From: Paraspadella gotoi
Lineage: Eukaryota > Animalia > Chaetognatha
DNA: 64,000 bases
Direction of reading: 5' to 3'
NCBI GenBank assembly: GCA_051294375.1
Contig: CM119271.1
Location: 17,155,693-17,219,692, forward strand
Every line of letters begins with the position of its first letter. The first letter of the stretch is position 1. Below, in pieces: positions 1 through 18,075 of the stretch. Made by a program: the position numbers and the translations under genes. The notes below the pieces were generated by a model. The model was not told the DNA's origin. It did not search any database and worked only from the letters and a program-made list of their open reading frames with translations.

Positions 1-220
1 CAATTAATTATTCAATCAATCAATTTATTTACCTATTATTTAATTATTCAATCAATCAATCAATCAATTATCGGCATTATTGTCGTTATCGCCATCATCG
101 TCGTCATTGCTTTTGTCGTGGTCAGTGACGAAAAGAACTAAAAACAAACATGATTTAAATTAAATTATTAAATAAATTACCGCAAATGATCGTGGGCAGA
201 TCCGACATTGCTCAAACTTT
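1..220 (+). mobile_element. 3' end of a Helentron/DINE-1-like non-autonomous element (same family as 14583-18013)
   Basis: GCAGATCCGACATTG at 196-210 is identical to the 3' subterminal motif at 17982-17996. It is preceded by AATT/AATC-rich sequence and followed by a T-run. Confidence 0.55.
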
Positions 221-440
221 TTATTTTTTTATTTTTTAATTTATATTTATTTTGCCTCTTTCTTCATTCTTTTTATTTTCCTTATTATCAATACAAGTTA
301 AAAGTTTTAATATAAATAAGAATCTTACGGTCCCTATTATAATTTAAATCAATCAAGAAAGATGATATTTTTGCAAATATGGTCGGCCAATTTGTATGTT
401 TGAAAATTAATCCATAACAGTCTGCCATTCAATCTAATCA

Positions 441-486
<46 letters not shown>

Positions 487-1533
487 CCTCTCGGCACATT
501 TTCCTGTTTACAGTTCTGATTTTTGCGAATCGATTTCATTGTTTGTCGGGAGATTGTTGTCGTCGTCGTCGTTGTCGTTGTCGTCGTTGTCGTCGTTTTC
601 ATCGTCGTTTTCGTCGTCGTCGTTTCCTTTGTTGTCCGCAAATTTCGTTTGTTGATAACTGATGGAAATTGCGCGGTTGATCCTTTATTTTTTTACTTTT
701 TTTCTTTTTTTTCTTTTACCTTTTTTTCCTATCTAATATTTTTCCCATAAACTTTTATCTTTTCCTGGCTTCTTCCTATCTTCCCCGCTTTCTTTTCCCT
801 TCAATCGTCCCGATGAAAGAATTTATTCTTGCTCAATACTTTCTTTAGCATTCCACCAAACATTGTAGTAAAGTAAAGGTGAAATTATTCATTCTGATTG
901 TGACAAATCAGGCAATCACTCTTTCTCTTTCTCTCTCTTGTTGTTTCCTTTTTCCTCTTTTCCTTCCTCCTTTTCTTTTTTTCTTCCACCTCCTTCTCCT
1001 CCTTCCCCTCCCCTCNNNNNNNNNNNNNNNNNNNNNNNNNNNNNNNNNNNNNNNNNNNNNNNNNNNNNNNNNNNNNNNNNNNNNNNNNNNNNNNNNNNNN
1101 NNNNNNNNNNNNNNNNNNNNNNNNNNNNNNNNNNNNNNNNNNNNNNNNNNNNNNNNNNNNNNNNNNNNNNNNNNNNNNNNNNNNNNNNNNNNNNNNNNNN
1201 NNNNNNNNNNNNNNNNNNNNNNNNNNNNNNNNNNNNNNNNNNNNNNNNNNNNNNNNNNNNNNNNNNNNNNNNNNNNNNNNNNNNNNNNNNNNNNNNNNNN
1301 NNNNNNNNNNNNNNNNNNNNNNNNNNNNNNNNNNNNNNNNNNNNNNNNNNNNNNNNNNNNNNNNNNNNNNNNNNNNNNNNNNNNNNNNNNNNNNNNNNNN
1401 NNNNNNNNNNNNNNNNNNNNNNNNNNNNNNNNNNNNNNNNNNNNNNNNNNNNNNNNNNNNNNNNNNNNNNNNNNNNNNNNNNNNNNNNNNNNNNNNNNNN
1501 NNNNNNNNNNNNNNNNNNNNNNNNNNNNNNNNA

Positions 1534-6560
<5,027 letters not shown>

Positions 6561-7344
6561 ACGATGCACGTAATTGCATGCACCGTGCACGCGATGACCG
6601 TTTGGGATCGCGCTCCCAGGACACGATAACTTGTAAACCCGGGAAAGTAATAAATACATTTAATATTAGTTAATGTATTTCATATATCGGCAGGTCATTG
6701 GTCAAACTTTGTTAATTACTTCTTTGCGGAGTAAAATACGATTTATTAAAAAACGAAAAGTTTTATTGTTGTCAAATTAAGATAATTCAGTTCGTACAAA
6801 CATGTTACGTCACTTAATTGATAAGAAAGCCACGCAATCTGGGGGTGAATACTAAACTGATTAAAAATATTGCAGGGTCCTGATATGTTATTATCTTGTA
6901 AGAGTGATGAAGGCCTTAAACCGCCATAGACTGTCTAGAGACATGAGCAAGATAGCTTATTTGTTCATATTCATTTCACATACCGTAGGTATGTATGTAT
7001 AAAATGTCAAAAACTTTTGATTTGTTTTTTTTTCTCCGTTTCTTGTTCTTTTGTTCTTTTCCTTTTTCTTTCCTTCTACGCTGCTCTTTTGTTTGAACTT
7101 GTCTTTGACTTGGCTCGATGGTTTTCGTCGTCGTCGTCGTCGTCGTCGTCGTTCGAGATTGAAAGGTTCTAAGGGGTCGTAGGTCTCGTCTGGTTTCGCT
7201 TTGGGTTCCTCAAGGTCTCGAGGTCGAGAAAGGCTTTTCGTTCTGAGATCCCAAGGTCTTTAGGTCTCAATTGATATCCAGTCCTCGGGAGGGAGACCTG
7301 AGACCTGAGACCAAGTCATGGAACCGATATTGAGAGACGATTAA

Positions 7345-7533
7345 TTCCTGCAGATCGATCCCCAGTGGTACCCACCCAGTACACACTGGGCAGTACCCAC
7401 CCACCCAGCCGTAAGCCTTAGGGCCTTCGAAAACCCCCAAGCCTGGTTTCAAGCCCAGGACCCATTCCATGGCTGATAGAGGAGGTTAAAGAAGTTGCGG
7501 ATAGCACTCTTCAGCCCACTCAGCACCTTATCC
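7345..7533 (-). mobile_element. possible degenerate tRNA-derived SINE head
   Basis: The minus strand has GGTGCTGAGTGG (A-box-like) and, ~60 nt downstream, GGTCCTGGGCTTGAAACCAGG (B-box-like). No cloverleaf could be confirmed. Confidence 0.25.
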
Positions 7534-7934
7534 ATATTTCGTAGCCTGGAGTCTTGATATCAGAAAGATCAGTCCATCCTGGTCTTTAATGTCGTTCATC
7601 CGAAAGTCTCTATTTCTGAGAAATCAAGGTCTCCACGTTGCGAGACTTATCTCCCCAAGGTTTTTCGGTGTCAAAGTCCGGAAAACAAAATCAAAGAGTC
7701 TGAGACTTTTTTAAAACCGTTTCGAAGGTTTTTTTCCAAAGACCGAATCCGTAGCAAAGACGAACGCTAAAAATTTTATTGTAAAGACCTAAGTTTTTGC
7801 AAAGGCCGGATCATTGCAAAGAACTATTGTAAAGACCGAATAAAAAGCAAAAATTACAAAGACCAATCTATAGCAAAGACCCAGTCTATTACAAGTACCT
7901 ATTGAGAAGAATTAGTAGATTGCAAGACCTAGAT

Positions 7935-8090
7935 GTCAAAGACCCAGTACATGTCAAAGACCCAGTACATGTCAAAGACCCAGTAAATGTCAAAGACCCA
8001 GTACATGTCAAAGACCCAGTACATGTCAAAGACCCAGTACATGTCAAAGACACAGTACATGTCAAAGACCCAGTACATGTCAAAGACCCG
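7935..8090. repeat. 18-bp minisatellite (GTCAAAGACCCAGTACAT)n, about 9 copies, with degenerate AAAGAC units from ~7740
   Basis: Seen directly. It explains the VKDPVH / TCTGSL / MSKTQY repetitive ORFs. Confidence 0.95.
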
Positions 8091-8229
8091 GTGCAATGTG
8101 TCCATCGACCCGGACTGTTTCTCCCTCGAAAAAAAAAGGACTGACTGCGTTGACAAATGTCGACCTCAGGGACGAAGGTCAAGGCTGAAGAATTAGGGAG
8201 AATTTTTAGGTGGTTTTTTTTCGAGAGAG

Positions 8230-8345
8230 TTGGGTGGTTGGGAGATTGGAGGTGGTAGGGTGGTTGGGGGAGGAGATGGGAGGTGGTAGAGTGGTTGGGG
8301 GAGGAGATGGGAGGTGGTAGAGTGGTTGGGACATCGGAGGTGGTG
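8230..8345 (+). repeat. G-rich ~30-bp tandem repeat with G-quadruplex potential
   Basis: GGTGGTAG(A/G)GTGGTTGGGGGAGGAGATGGGA occurs about 3 times. Confidence 0.75.
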
Positions 8346-10061
8346 AATAGGTAGATAAAAGGAGTTTGGATCAGTGCAAGTATTGTAATTTCTTCACTGT
8401 TTTTTGTTTTTTAACCCATGTTGTCGAATTTTAACGTGCATGGGATACGCGACTATGTATCTTGATGGGAAGAAAACAAGAAGATAACAACGACAAGGAA
8501 CAACGATCACAAAGACTGACTGACCACCGAAAATAAAAGAGTTAATAACGAAAACCAAAATTCTCATTTACTGATTCGAATGAAAAAAGTTGCGACTCTA
8601 AAAACGAAAAAGGAGAGAAAATTTTGCAGGAGTTGATGACGACGACGACGACGACGACGACGACGAAGTAATAGCCTTTTGTTTCACGAGTTTCCCCTGC
8701 AATCTCCCTCTCTCTTTCTCTCCCTCTCTCTCTCTTTCTCTCTCCCTCTCTCTCTCTCCCCCTCTCTCTCTCCACCCTCTCCTCTTGGGGGGAGTTTCGC
8801 CGATTTCCCCGCTATAAACGACGCTGATTGGAAATCTGATAAACAAGAGGAAAAAAAGGGAAACAAAGAGGAAATCGGGCGTGGGGTGTGGAAAGATGGG
8901 ATGGGGTGTGGAAGGGTGAAGTTCTTTAATCTCATTTACATATTGTAGTAGTTTAGATCATTAGACTAGATTATTAGAATAATACAGCATTTATTATAAT
9001 GTATTATATATATTTTGATATAAAATATAGCAATCATAGCATAAATCTCTCTCTTTCAGTTCAGCTTAATAGACAATAAATTAGAGAAATTAACAATCAT
9101 AATTAGAAACCGGCAATAGGAGTTTCTACTCCGTGTCCTTTCCTTTTTTTAATTGGACGAATAGTATAAAGAAAACTTCAGATTTATAATTAAAAAAAAT
9201 AAATATAAAATCATTACTCATAAATTACTCAACATTACGATAATTCAGATACGCCATTGATTAGACCATTAATAGGGATTTCTTATGATATAAATTTAAT
9301 CAAGAACACGCCTAAAATGGTCTTTTTTGCCAATTTCACTGTTTTAGATAAAAAATTAAACAGAGAATAGTAAATTAATTAAATACGAAATAAAACTTAT
9401 ACATAAAGAACGTCAAGTAGTTCTCCAACTAATGATATACTTATGAATTATGTTTATTAAATATTTAAAGTATAGTAAACATTTTTTTGGTGTCACTCGC
9501 GAACGGAAAGGGGGTATATTTATGTATGTATTTAATGACCCGAATAAAAAAGATATTAAGAAAAAAGTTCAAAAATTGATATAAGATGGGCAAATAATTT
9601 AAATTTCTATAAATGAGATTCTGTTAAATCCGAAGATGTGACTAAAATCATAGATACAGGGTGCGTCCAATATCTAAAATCCCTCCCATTTCAATCTATC
9701 AGGTGTGGACAGTTTCGAACGGGGACTTAAAATCCCCAGCCGGGATAAAAAAAAGTCCCCGATGGGGAAAAAAAGAAGGGCTCACGGTTCAGAGAACCAG
9801 TGGGGAATACCGAGATTGTCCCTTGGGGACAATGAGCGGTTTATGGCTGGATGGATTGAAAAGATTAATAAGATGAGGGGATAGAGAGAGGGTGAAAAAA
9901 AAGAGTGAAAAAGAGAAAAAGAGTCGCAGAGAGAGAGAGAGAAGAGAGTTAAAGGTTGGAAGAAAGAGTGAAAAAATAGATAGAAAAGACAGAAAGAGAA
10001 GTGGAGAGGAAAAAATGGGAAGATTTAGAGAAAAGAAGAGAGAAAGAGAGAGTGAGTGAAA

Positions 10062-10125
<64 letters not shown>

Positions 10126-10218
10126 TCGGGCCAGTTGGTCGGGATTAAGGCGGATTTAACGAGGCACAGGTCACAATGCGATCACGACGAGTCTTGAGGG
10201 ACAGAGAGAGAGGAGAAG

Positions 10219-10261
<43 letters not shown>

Positions 10262-10859
10262 CGAAAGAGGACGAGACGAGACGAGAAGAAGAAAGAGAGA
10301 GAAAAGGGAATTCGAAGATAAGCGAAAGGAGAAGAGAGAGAAAGAAAAGAAAAGAAAAGAAAAGAAAAGAAAAGAANNNNNNNNNNNNNNNNNNNNNNNN
10401 NNNNNNNNNNNNNNNNNNNNNNNNNNNNNNNNNNNNNNNNNNNNNNNNNNNNNNNNNNNNNNNNNNNNNNNNNNNNGCCTCGATGGTGCTTCGAAAGGTT
10501 GTAGTGGAGCCTGGGTTAAAGGGTGAACTTAGGCAAAGTTTTTTTCTTAAATAGGTAATAGGCAATTTTTCCGTTTACCTAGTAGTTAACTGAATAAAAG
10601 TAGGCAATTTTGAAACTTTAGAAAATAACTTAAATACATAAATATAACTGACTAACCAATGATCAAATTTGTTAATTTGAAGAAAAAAACTGTTTTAATA
10701 AAAATTCAAAGGACATAAGGACAAAATGAATGCATTTGTATTTCAAAAACAGTAAATCACTAATATAAAATAAAAGGAAACGATCTCCAGTATTTATTAT
10801 TTAAAGTCTATAAACCTTTAAAACATAAAACATTAAGTACTTTTGTTTACTATAAGGAA

Positions 10860-11429
10860 TTAATCATTCATGTTTTTAAAATACTTTCGAAGAAAACAGA
10901 GATTGTCAATCGACTGATCACTGAGAGATGAACGGATCTTTGTAAGAAAAAGGCCAGCAGCTGAAAATGCGCGCTCCGCTTCAACGGAGGTTGGAGGCAA
11001 GGTTTGGAGTGCATGATAAAGTTTTTCTAGACACGTTGGACGTTCCCCAGTATTTTCATAAATTGCCATCTCTCGTTTTATTTGAGTTAAAACTTCCGTT
11101 GGTGAAGACAACATAGAAGGAGGAGAAATTTCGTTGGTTTTGGTTAAAAAATTTAGCAATTCCTCCTGCTTGGACATCTTTTCAGTTGGTTCATCTTGAT
11201 TACTTTTTTCGACATAAGCAGAACCAGGGGTCCAGTATAGACGAACAAATAAATCCCTTGCTTTCTTAGCAATTTCAATACTAGAGGGATAGTCAAGATG
11301 AGAGCTGTGTGGCTTTGGTACAGTCAAATAACGAAGCAAGCCAGCAGTAGATACATTTCTTCTTTCAATAAGACGCTTTGTCAGAATTTGCTCTGCCATT
11401 GGACCAATACCCAAGGGGACTTCCCCCAC
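10860..11429 (-). pseudogene. hAT transposase C-terminal fragment (dimerisation domain)
   Basis: LPPTSVEAERAFSAAG...RSSLSDQSIDNLCFLR matches the canonical hATC motif (PxTSxxxERxFSxAG...RxxLS), including the catalytic Glu. The N-terminal part is missing. Confidence 0.9.
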
Positions 11430-11506
11430 CTTTTTAACATAAATTCGTTGCGTTTTGAATTTAGGAGAAAAACAAATTTGTTTTTAACAACGAATTTTAT
11501 TATTGG

Positions 11507-11550
11507 TAATACATGTTTCGACTCTTGAGTTTTAGAGTCTTCATCAGTTA
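11507..11550 (-). ncRNA. minimal type-I hammerhead ribozyme (Penelope pLTR-like)
   Basis: Minus strand reads taa-CTGATGA-a-gactct[aaaactca]agagtc-GAAA-catg-TA-tta. It has a 6-bp stem II, a palindromic stem III and a GUA cleavage triplet. Confidence 0.8.
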
Positions 11551-11888
11551 TGACAATCAATATTTTTTACTCTTTAACATTAGGTTAATGTATTTTTTTT
11601 TTGCAAATACAAAACATCAAAAAAAGAGAATTTTATAACAGAAAGAGAGTAGAAAACGCGAGAGAACCCCTGCCCGGGCCTGTAATGATGTCAGCGACAA
11701 AGCAGACAGTAAGGCCGATTTGGAAAATGAATCAAAAAACATTGTCTCGTCTGGAAATGAAAATATTAAGAGAAATAGAAAGATGCTAAAATTGCCTATA
11801 TTAATTAAGAAAAATCTTTTCTTTACCTAGGTAATTTCAATAAGGCTTTGCTCAGTTAATCAGGCAAAATATTACCTAAGTTCACCCC

Positions 11889-13166
11889 TTAGTCTTCGGT
11901 AGCCAGGCCGGACCTGTGTCCTGGGGCGTAGTTGGCCACGTCCGGAAGTCGCGGCACACACGCTGGCGTATGTGCGTGGAGGCACATCCTCTGCGGTGGA
12001 TGCATCATCCGCCAAGTCGGGCGCATACTCATCGCGCTCCGAGTCAAATTGGTCGTCCTCGAAGATGCCCCATCAATTGGAGGTGTCGACATGACTGACG
12101 ACTTTTCCAATGGGTTTTGAGGTGATCTGAAGATCACCTTTGGCAGAGTAGAATGCGTCCGCCTTCTTGGCGATAGCTTCCGGCGTCTCGTCCCCATCGC
12201 TGACTACCCTTCCGGCCACGTGGGTTGGGAGGAGCTCAGACAGGATCGCGTTGAGGAGATGGTCGATCGTCAGGGATTCGACCTCAGCGCGCAGTGCGGC
12301 CACAAACTGTGAATGAGTGCGTCCTGCAAGGGAGTGAAGACCTAGGAGCTTCTGTGCCTTCTACCGGGGCTTCTCGGCGAACAGCTCAGACAGGTGCTTT
12401 TTCAGGGCCTGATACCCGCCTGAGACAGGGTGGTCATTGGTGTAAAACCCCTGACCAACACCTGATGCTCCTGTGAGACCGCGCCAAGAAGGTGCATCTT
12501 TTTGTGCTGCTCATCCACAACTGCAGCGAGGCGGAAACTCCCCTCGACTGCAGCAAGCCAGGCTCGGATGTTGCCAACATCAAAAGGCGGCAACTTAGGC
12601 GTCTTGGAACGGTTGGTGCCTGACGTCTGATAATCCATGGGTGCGGTGGAGGAGGCTCCTACCGCATCGGCGTCGTCCGGGTGTGGCTGCCCTGCGAACT
12701 GGCACAATCTTTGGTTGAGGTCGCCTGTGGACCTGTGCGGCATCGCCGGTGGTGCCTACTGAGCTGCTAGCAGGCCCTGAACCTGTGATGTGAGGTATTC
12801 TATTGATGTCTTTACGCTCGCATTGAAACTATCCTGTTTTGCCTCCAATCCCAGGATCCTGTTGTCGAAGGTGGTGATAAGCCCATTTGATGATCCTGGT
12901 ACGGTCCTAAGGGAGCCGACATTGGATCGGGGGGGCGTGTAAACGCTCTTTACCCTGGTTTGATCGCCACGCGGCGTCTTGAAGGCGTCATGTTGGTCCG
13001 GCGATGGTGGAGGTGATGAGGTCGGTGTGGCGTCTTTGACGGTGATGGTGGGTGGCGTGACGACATCCTCTGTGGGGCGTCGTTTGAGATTCTCGGCTGA
13101 TGGCGAGGTAGAGGCACAGCGCGTTCCACGTCCTTGGGGAGCTTCGAGATCCAAGATGTGTTCCAT
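11889..13166 (-). pseudogene. Gypsy-type LTR retrotransposon gag, decayed
   Basis: Joining ORFs 12756-13166, 12402-12743 and 12073-12303 gives KLPPFDVGNIRAWLAAVEGSF...YQALKKHL...KLLGLHSLAGRTHSQFVAALR...LLPTHV...AIAKKAD. This follows the KLPPF..W...E..F / Y..LK..L / LGDrkPSqll / LA..AD pattern of DUF7041-type gag. It has three in-frame stops and one frameshift. A small remnant continues at 10477-10518. Confidence 0.8.
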
Positions 13167-14582
13167 GATGATATGCAGGAAGTGCTGGCTGTAAAATATT
13201 TACTGTAAAATGTCTAAATCTGCGCCGAACAGAAAAGTCAAAAAATTTTCAATCTTTTAAATCAAGGGAAAATCAGAAAGAAAATTTTTCGCGGAATTGT
13301 TCTATAGCAATAGAGCTAGCAAAATTTCTGATAAAACTTGCTTAAACGAGAAAGTAGAAAAGAAGTGAGTCTAGCGAAGAAAGAGGAGAGAGGAAGGGTG
13401 TAGAGAGAGAGACCGGTGGTAAGTCGCCTAAGGTTGTTATTAAAATGGAGCAAACATTGTAGAGATATAAAAACTCAATTATTCAAATTTATAAAAGCAT
13501 ATTTACCATTTTACATAATATGAAAATAAAGACCCATATAAATATTTCGGTAAGTCTATTTACAAATTTTATATTTGATTAACTATTTGTTAGCTATATT
13601 TATTAATAAATACTAATAAAAATAGGCTAAAGTGAAAAAATAAAAATTATAAAATATATAAGAGTTGATTATTTAATATGATCTTAAATGAGATAGAATT
13701 TTTCAATATCATTTATATTTTGCAGTTTTAAATCTCAATGTGTCTTTTTGGATTTTAATATTAGTTCTGTTTTACGGTTTTCCAGTAGCTAAATATAGTC
13801 TTTAGTCATTATTCAGCTTTGGTTTGGGGATGTACTTTTTTGTTAGTTTATTTATCCTTATCATAATATTGGTGATTAACATTGTTGTGTGAGAAAAATG
13901 TATATTATTTTTATTTGAGCAATATATTTCAGTTAACATCGCTTAACCATAGTTCATTTGCGTTTATTAGAGCTCAATCATCCTGTAAGAGATATTTAAT
14001 GATTTTATCTGAGTTTAACTCTGTCCGTTCGAATCGAAAAAACGAACCTATATTTAGAGTCAAAATCCTCAATCCTCAATTCTAGTTTCTTATTGGTCAA
14101 AAGTAATATTTAAGAGATTTAAACTTATTGAAACTAAGGTTATTCTTGATTATATGATGCAACCAGGGGGTAATATTTTTGTTGAATATTTGAAATTATT
14201 TGTGAAATTAATAATTAAATTCTCTTTAGATTTAAGCGATTGTCCTTGCTTATTCACATTTGTCCTTGCTTATTCACGGCAGTGATTTCTATTCGGGTAT
14301 TTTCAACAATGAAATTGAAACTTATATAACTATTATTTCTTTTTTCCCACTGATTAATATCACACACGCTTTATTTAAAAAAACGGTTGGCTATAGTTAT
14401 CTTCTCCTTATAACATAGAACTCACTGGGAGAATTTCTATGCTTTCAAAATACGGTAAGACATAATTTTATTTACGGTAATCATTCTATTTATGGTATCT
14501 GCCCTTATTAAGATGAAACTAAAAGGATTTTTTATGGTAAGGTCAACTTTTAAAGATTAAATTTCTCGTCAAATCTATCGCG

Positions 14583-16722
14583 TTTTTAGTCGGATCTGCT
14601 TATCAACAGATCCCGACTCTATAACTCACTTTGTCGGTCCGTCGGTCCGCCCCCTCAATATTGTCGGGCACACACTTATATCATGTCAGAACATCGAATT
14701 ATGATTAATTATGCAAAAAAAACGATGTCCGTCCGTCTGTCCGTCCGTCCGTCCGTCCGTCCGTCCGTTCGACCTTAGCAAAAAACTCCAATTACTCGTG
14801 ATTGGATGGATGGATTGGTATGACATTTTGTGTGTGGGTAGGAAACTGTGTGATTGAGGTGGATATGAAGTTTCGAGGGAATCGTGCGAGTGGAAATTGG
14901 TTTAAATGGAAATTGAACACCAATTGCTCATGAGTGGATAGGGCAATTGACTTGAAATTTTGTATGATGGTAGGAAAGTGTGTGATTGAGCTGGATATAA
15001 AGTCTCGATGGAATCGTGCGAGTGGAAATGAGTTAAAATGGAAAAAACAAAAGTCATATTTACTTGAAGTATTTTTACTTAAATTTACTCATAATTATTA
15101 TGTTTATTGAAAATTGGATAGATAAATCGAAATTTAATTTTGTGTGTGGGTAGGAAAGTATGTGATATAGCTGGATATAAATTTTTTGATGGAATCGTAG
15201 GAGTGGAAAAGAGTTCTAATTAGAAAAATAAAAGACACATTTATTTGAATTTTTTAAAGTTTCTCTCTCTCTATCTCTTCTCTGAATTGATTGATTGATT
15301 GATTGACCAAATTAATGCCAGTTGACCAATTCTTAAAGTTTGATCAGTTCTGGCAAGTTGACCAAATTAATAGTCCTGTTGACCAAATTATGCAGTTTGA
15401 CCAAATTATGCGGTTGATCAAATTATTTAATTGATCAAATTAGTAGTTACCAATTATGTAGTAGACCAAATTCATGTCAGTTAACCCAATTAATGCAAGT
15501 TGACGCAAGTTAGCTTATGACAACTTAATTATCGATTGACCTGAAATTTTGTAATGTAGTAGAAAAGTGGTATGATTGAACAGGAAACCAATTTTCGATG
15601 GAATCTTTTTGAGTGGAAATGAGTTTAAATGGAAAAAACAAAAAACCTGTTCATCACTAATTCATTTGATTCCTTTTCCTTTTATATTAACGTTTATGCA
15701 GGATGTAATAATAAATAAATAATTAATCAGTTAATAATCAATTAGTCAATTAATTTATCATATTATTTAATCAGTCAACATCCGTCCATCGTCCCACTTA
15801 ACAAAGCTCCAATAACTCGTGATCGGCTTGTCGATATGGAATGAATTTGTGTGTGGGTAGGAAAGTGGTGTGATAAAGCTGGATATAAAAGTTTCGAAGA
15901 ATCTGTGAGTGGAATGGTTTAATGGAAAACACATAAGTGCATTTACTAAAATATTTTTTACTTATTTTAAAACTAATAAGTACTCTAATTAATCTAATTG
16001 GATGGATAGATTGAGTTTTAAATTTTTTGTGTCGGTAGAAAAATGTGTAAACGATGCCTTGATATAAAGTTTCGGTGGACAGTAACTTAGTGGAAATGGA
16101 GTTTATATGATAAAAACTATGAGTCACATTTATTGAATCTTTTACTTATTTTTAAACCATAATAGATTGAGATGAAATTTTGTGAGCGTGTAGGAAAGTG
16201 GTGTGAGAAGCTAGATATAAAGTTTTGACAGAATTGTGCGAGTGGAAATGAGTTTAAATGGAAAAAAAATAAGTCACAATTATGTGAATCTTTATTATTT
16301 AAGATTAACTAATTTTATGATTACTATAATGTTATAATTAATTATTTATTTAATTATTGAAAAAATGATGCAATTTCAAAAAATTGTGCAAGTTGAAAAA
16401 TGATGCAAGCAGAAAATGAAGCAGTTAAAAAAAATCCTAAAGCATAAGGATCGTCGCAATTGCTAAAAGAAAGAGAGAGAGAAGAGAGAGAGAGAGCAAG
16501 AAAAATGAAGCATAAGGATAGTGCGCAATTGCAAGAGAGAGAGAGAGAGAGAGGAGAAAGAGAGCCAGAAACCCATGGCATAAGGTAATGTCGGGCAATT
16601 GCAAAAGAGCGAGAGAGAGAGAGAAAGGAGAGCAGAAAAATGAGCATAAGGAATGGTCGCAATTGCAAAGATGAGAAGAGGAGAGAGAGATGAGAAAAAA
16701 TGAGCATAGGATCATTGCAAAT

Positions 16723-16761
<39 letters not shown>

Positions 16762-18013
16762 AAAGAGATAAAAATTAAGCGAATAAAAAAGTTGTTAATT
16801 ATTACTCACTGAATAAAAATACTATTAAAAATACTTACACATACATAAAATTGATAAAATTATTATTCCGAATACATTTGTTTAATCATGCAATATATCT
16901 AGTAAGGCGGGCCAAATTCTAATACTTTTAACTTTTCGTTCTTCAAAAAATTTCTTTTTTCCTTCTAACTCACTAATCCGATTTTTCAATGTAACTTTTG
17001 AATTAGTTCCATTGGGTTGTTGCATTGAAGCTTTTTAAAATATTTATTAATATAGTAACAAATGACAAAAAAAATTTTAAAAATTTGATTTTTTTAAGAA
17101 GCGGGTTTTGTAGAGCTTAAAAAGTTAAATGAATTTAGTAACTATAATTTTTTTCAAATTTGACAATTGAAAATTGGTTAAAAATATGAAAAAACCTAAA
17201 AATTATCATCATCATTATTGGCTCAAATTTTATTTTTTTTTAAATTTTTCATTAATAAAAACAAAAAAAATTTTAAAAGTTTTGTATTAATAACCTTTAT
17301 CTAACTTTTAAAGCTCTATCAGAATCTAATAAAAAATTGATAAGCCAAAATTTTTAAAAATTTTTTTCATTTTGTCATATTTTTTTTAATCAGTCGCTTT
17401 ACCATATTTTTTGAAAGAAACTTCTAGTTTTCAAGCCTGTTCCGGCTAATAATCTAGTAAGGCGGGCAAAATTGAACATTTTTAAATAACTTCTTGTTTT
17501 TTAAATTTTTTTCCTTTTACTATTAAAATCGATTTTTAGTATGTAATTTTTGAATTAGTTCATTGGGTTTTTGTTGCACTGAAGCTTTTAAATATTTTAT
17601 AATATATCATTAATTATATAAAGTTTGACGGAATTGTGCCAGTGGAATGAGTTTAGATGGAAAAAAAACATAAGTCACATTTTACTTGAATCTTTAATAT
17701 AATGATTATAATAAATGTTTATTAGTTAATTAATTATTATTAAATTAAATATTAATTGCAATAAAAAGAGAGAGAGAGAAGAGAGAGAGAGAGAGTGAGA
17801 GAGAGGAGAGAGAAGGAGACGCTAAAATAAAACTAGAGGATATTTGTTTGTTTTGGATAAATGTAACAAAACAATTTTAAGGATATCGATGATGATGAAG
17901 TTGAATATAAATTTAAAATTTATTATATATTAAATTATTAATTAATTAATCGATTAATTAATTAATTAATAAATTACGTAGGCAGATCCGACATTGTTTG
18001 CTTCAACTTGTTT
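14583..18013 (+). mobile_element. Helentron-associated non-autonomous element (DINE-1/HINE-like), ~3.4 kb
   Basis: 5' T-run, then subTIR GTCGGATCTGC (14589-14599) with a nearby inverted copy CAGATCCCGAC (14607-14617). (GTCC)n microsatellite at ~14727-14768. Internal tandem repeats. 3' subTIR GCAGATCCGAC at 17982-17992, ending CTTGTTT. Confidence 0.75.
14820..16300. repeat. internal tandem repeats of the Helentron-like element (~130-190-bp units, plus ~20-bp TTGACCAAATT units at 15300-15500)
   Basis: TTTTGTGTGTGGGTAGGAAAGTGTGTGAT..GCTGGATATAAAGTTTCGATGGAATCGTGCGAGTGGAAATGAGTTTAAATGGAAA recurs about 7 times. Confidence 0.85.
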
Positions 18014-18075
18014 ATTTAGACTTTCTCTTTTGTTTTTAATTTACAAATGCTGTTGTTGTTATTGTTGTTCTTTGC

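Larger units (their letters stand above)
10521..11887 (-). mobile_element. internally deleted hAT-superfamily DNA transposon inserted in a Gypsy gag
   Basis: 13-bp TIRs GGGTGAACTTAGG (10521-10533) and CCTAAGTTCACCC (11875-11887). Repeated subterminal AGG(C/T)AA / TT(G/A)CCT motifs at both ends. It encloses a hAT transposase C-terminus. Confidence 0.85.

Noticed and set aside
7889-8196. Repeat-protein ORFs (VKDPVH)n, or a CRISPR-like array
   Set aside because: This is an 18-bp minisatellite open in several frames, with no unique spacers and no cas genes.
9657-9860. CAGGGTGCGTCC as a hAT/MITE left end with GGGGA/TCCCC subterminal motifs
   Set aside because: No matching inverted end was found in the window (a gap follows), so it is not supportable.
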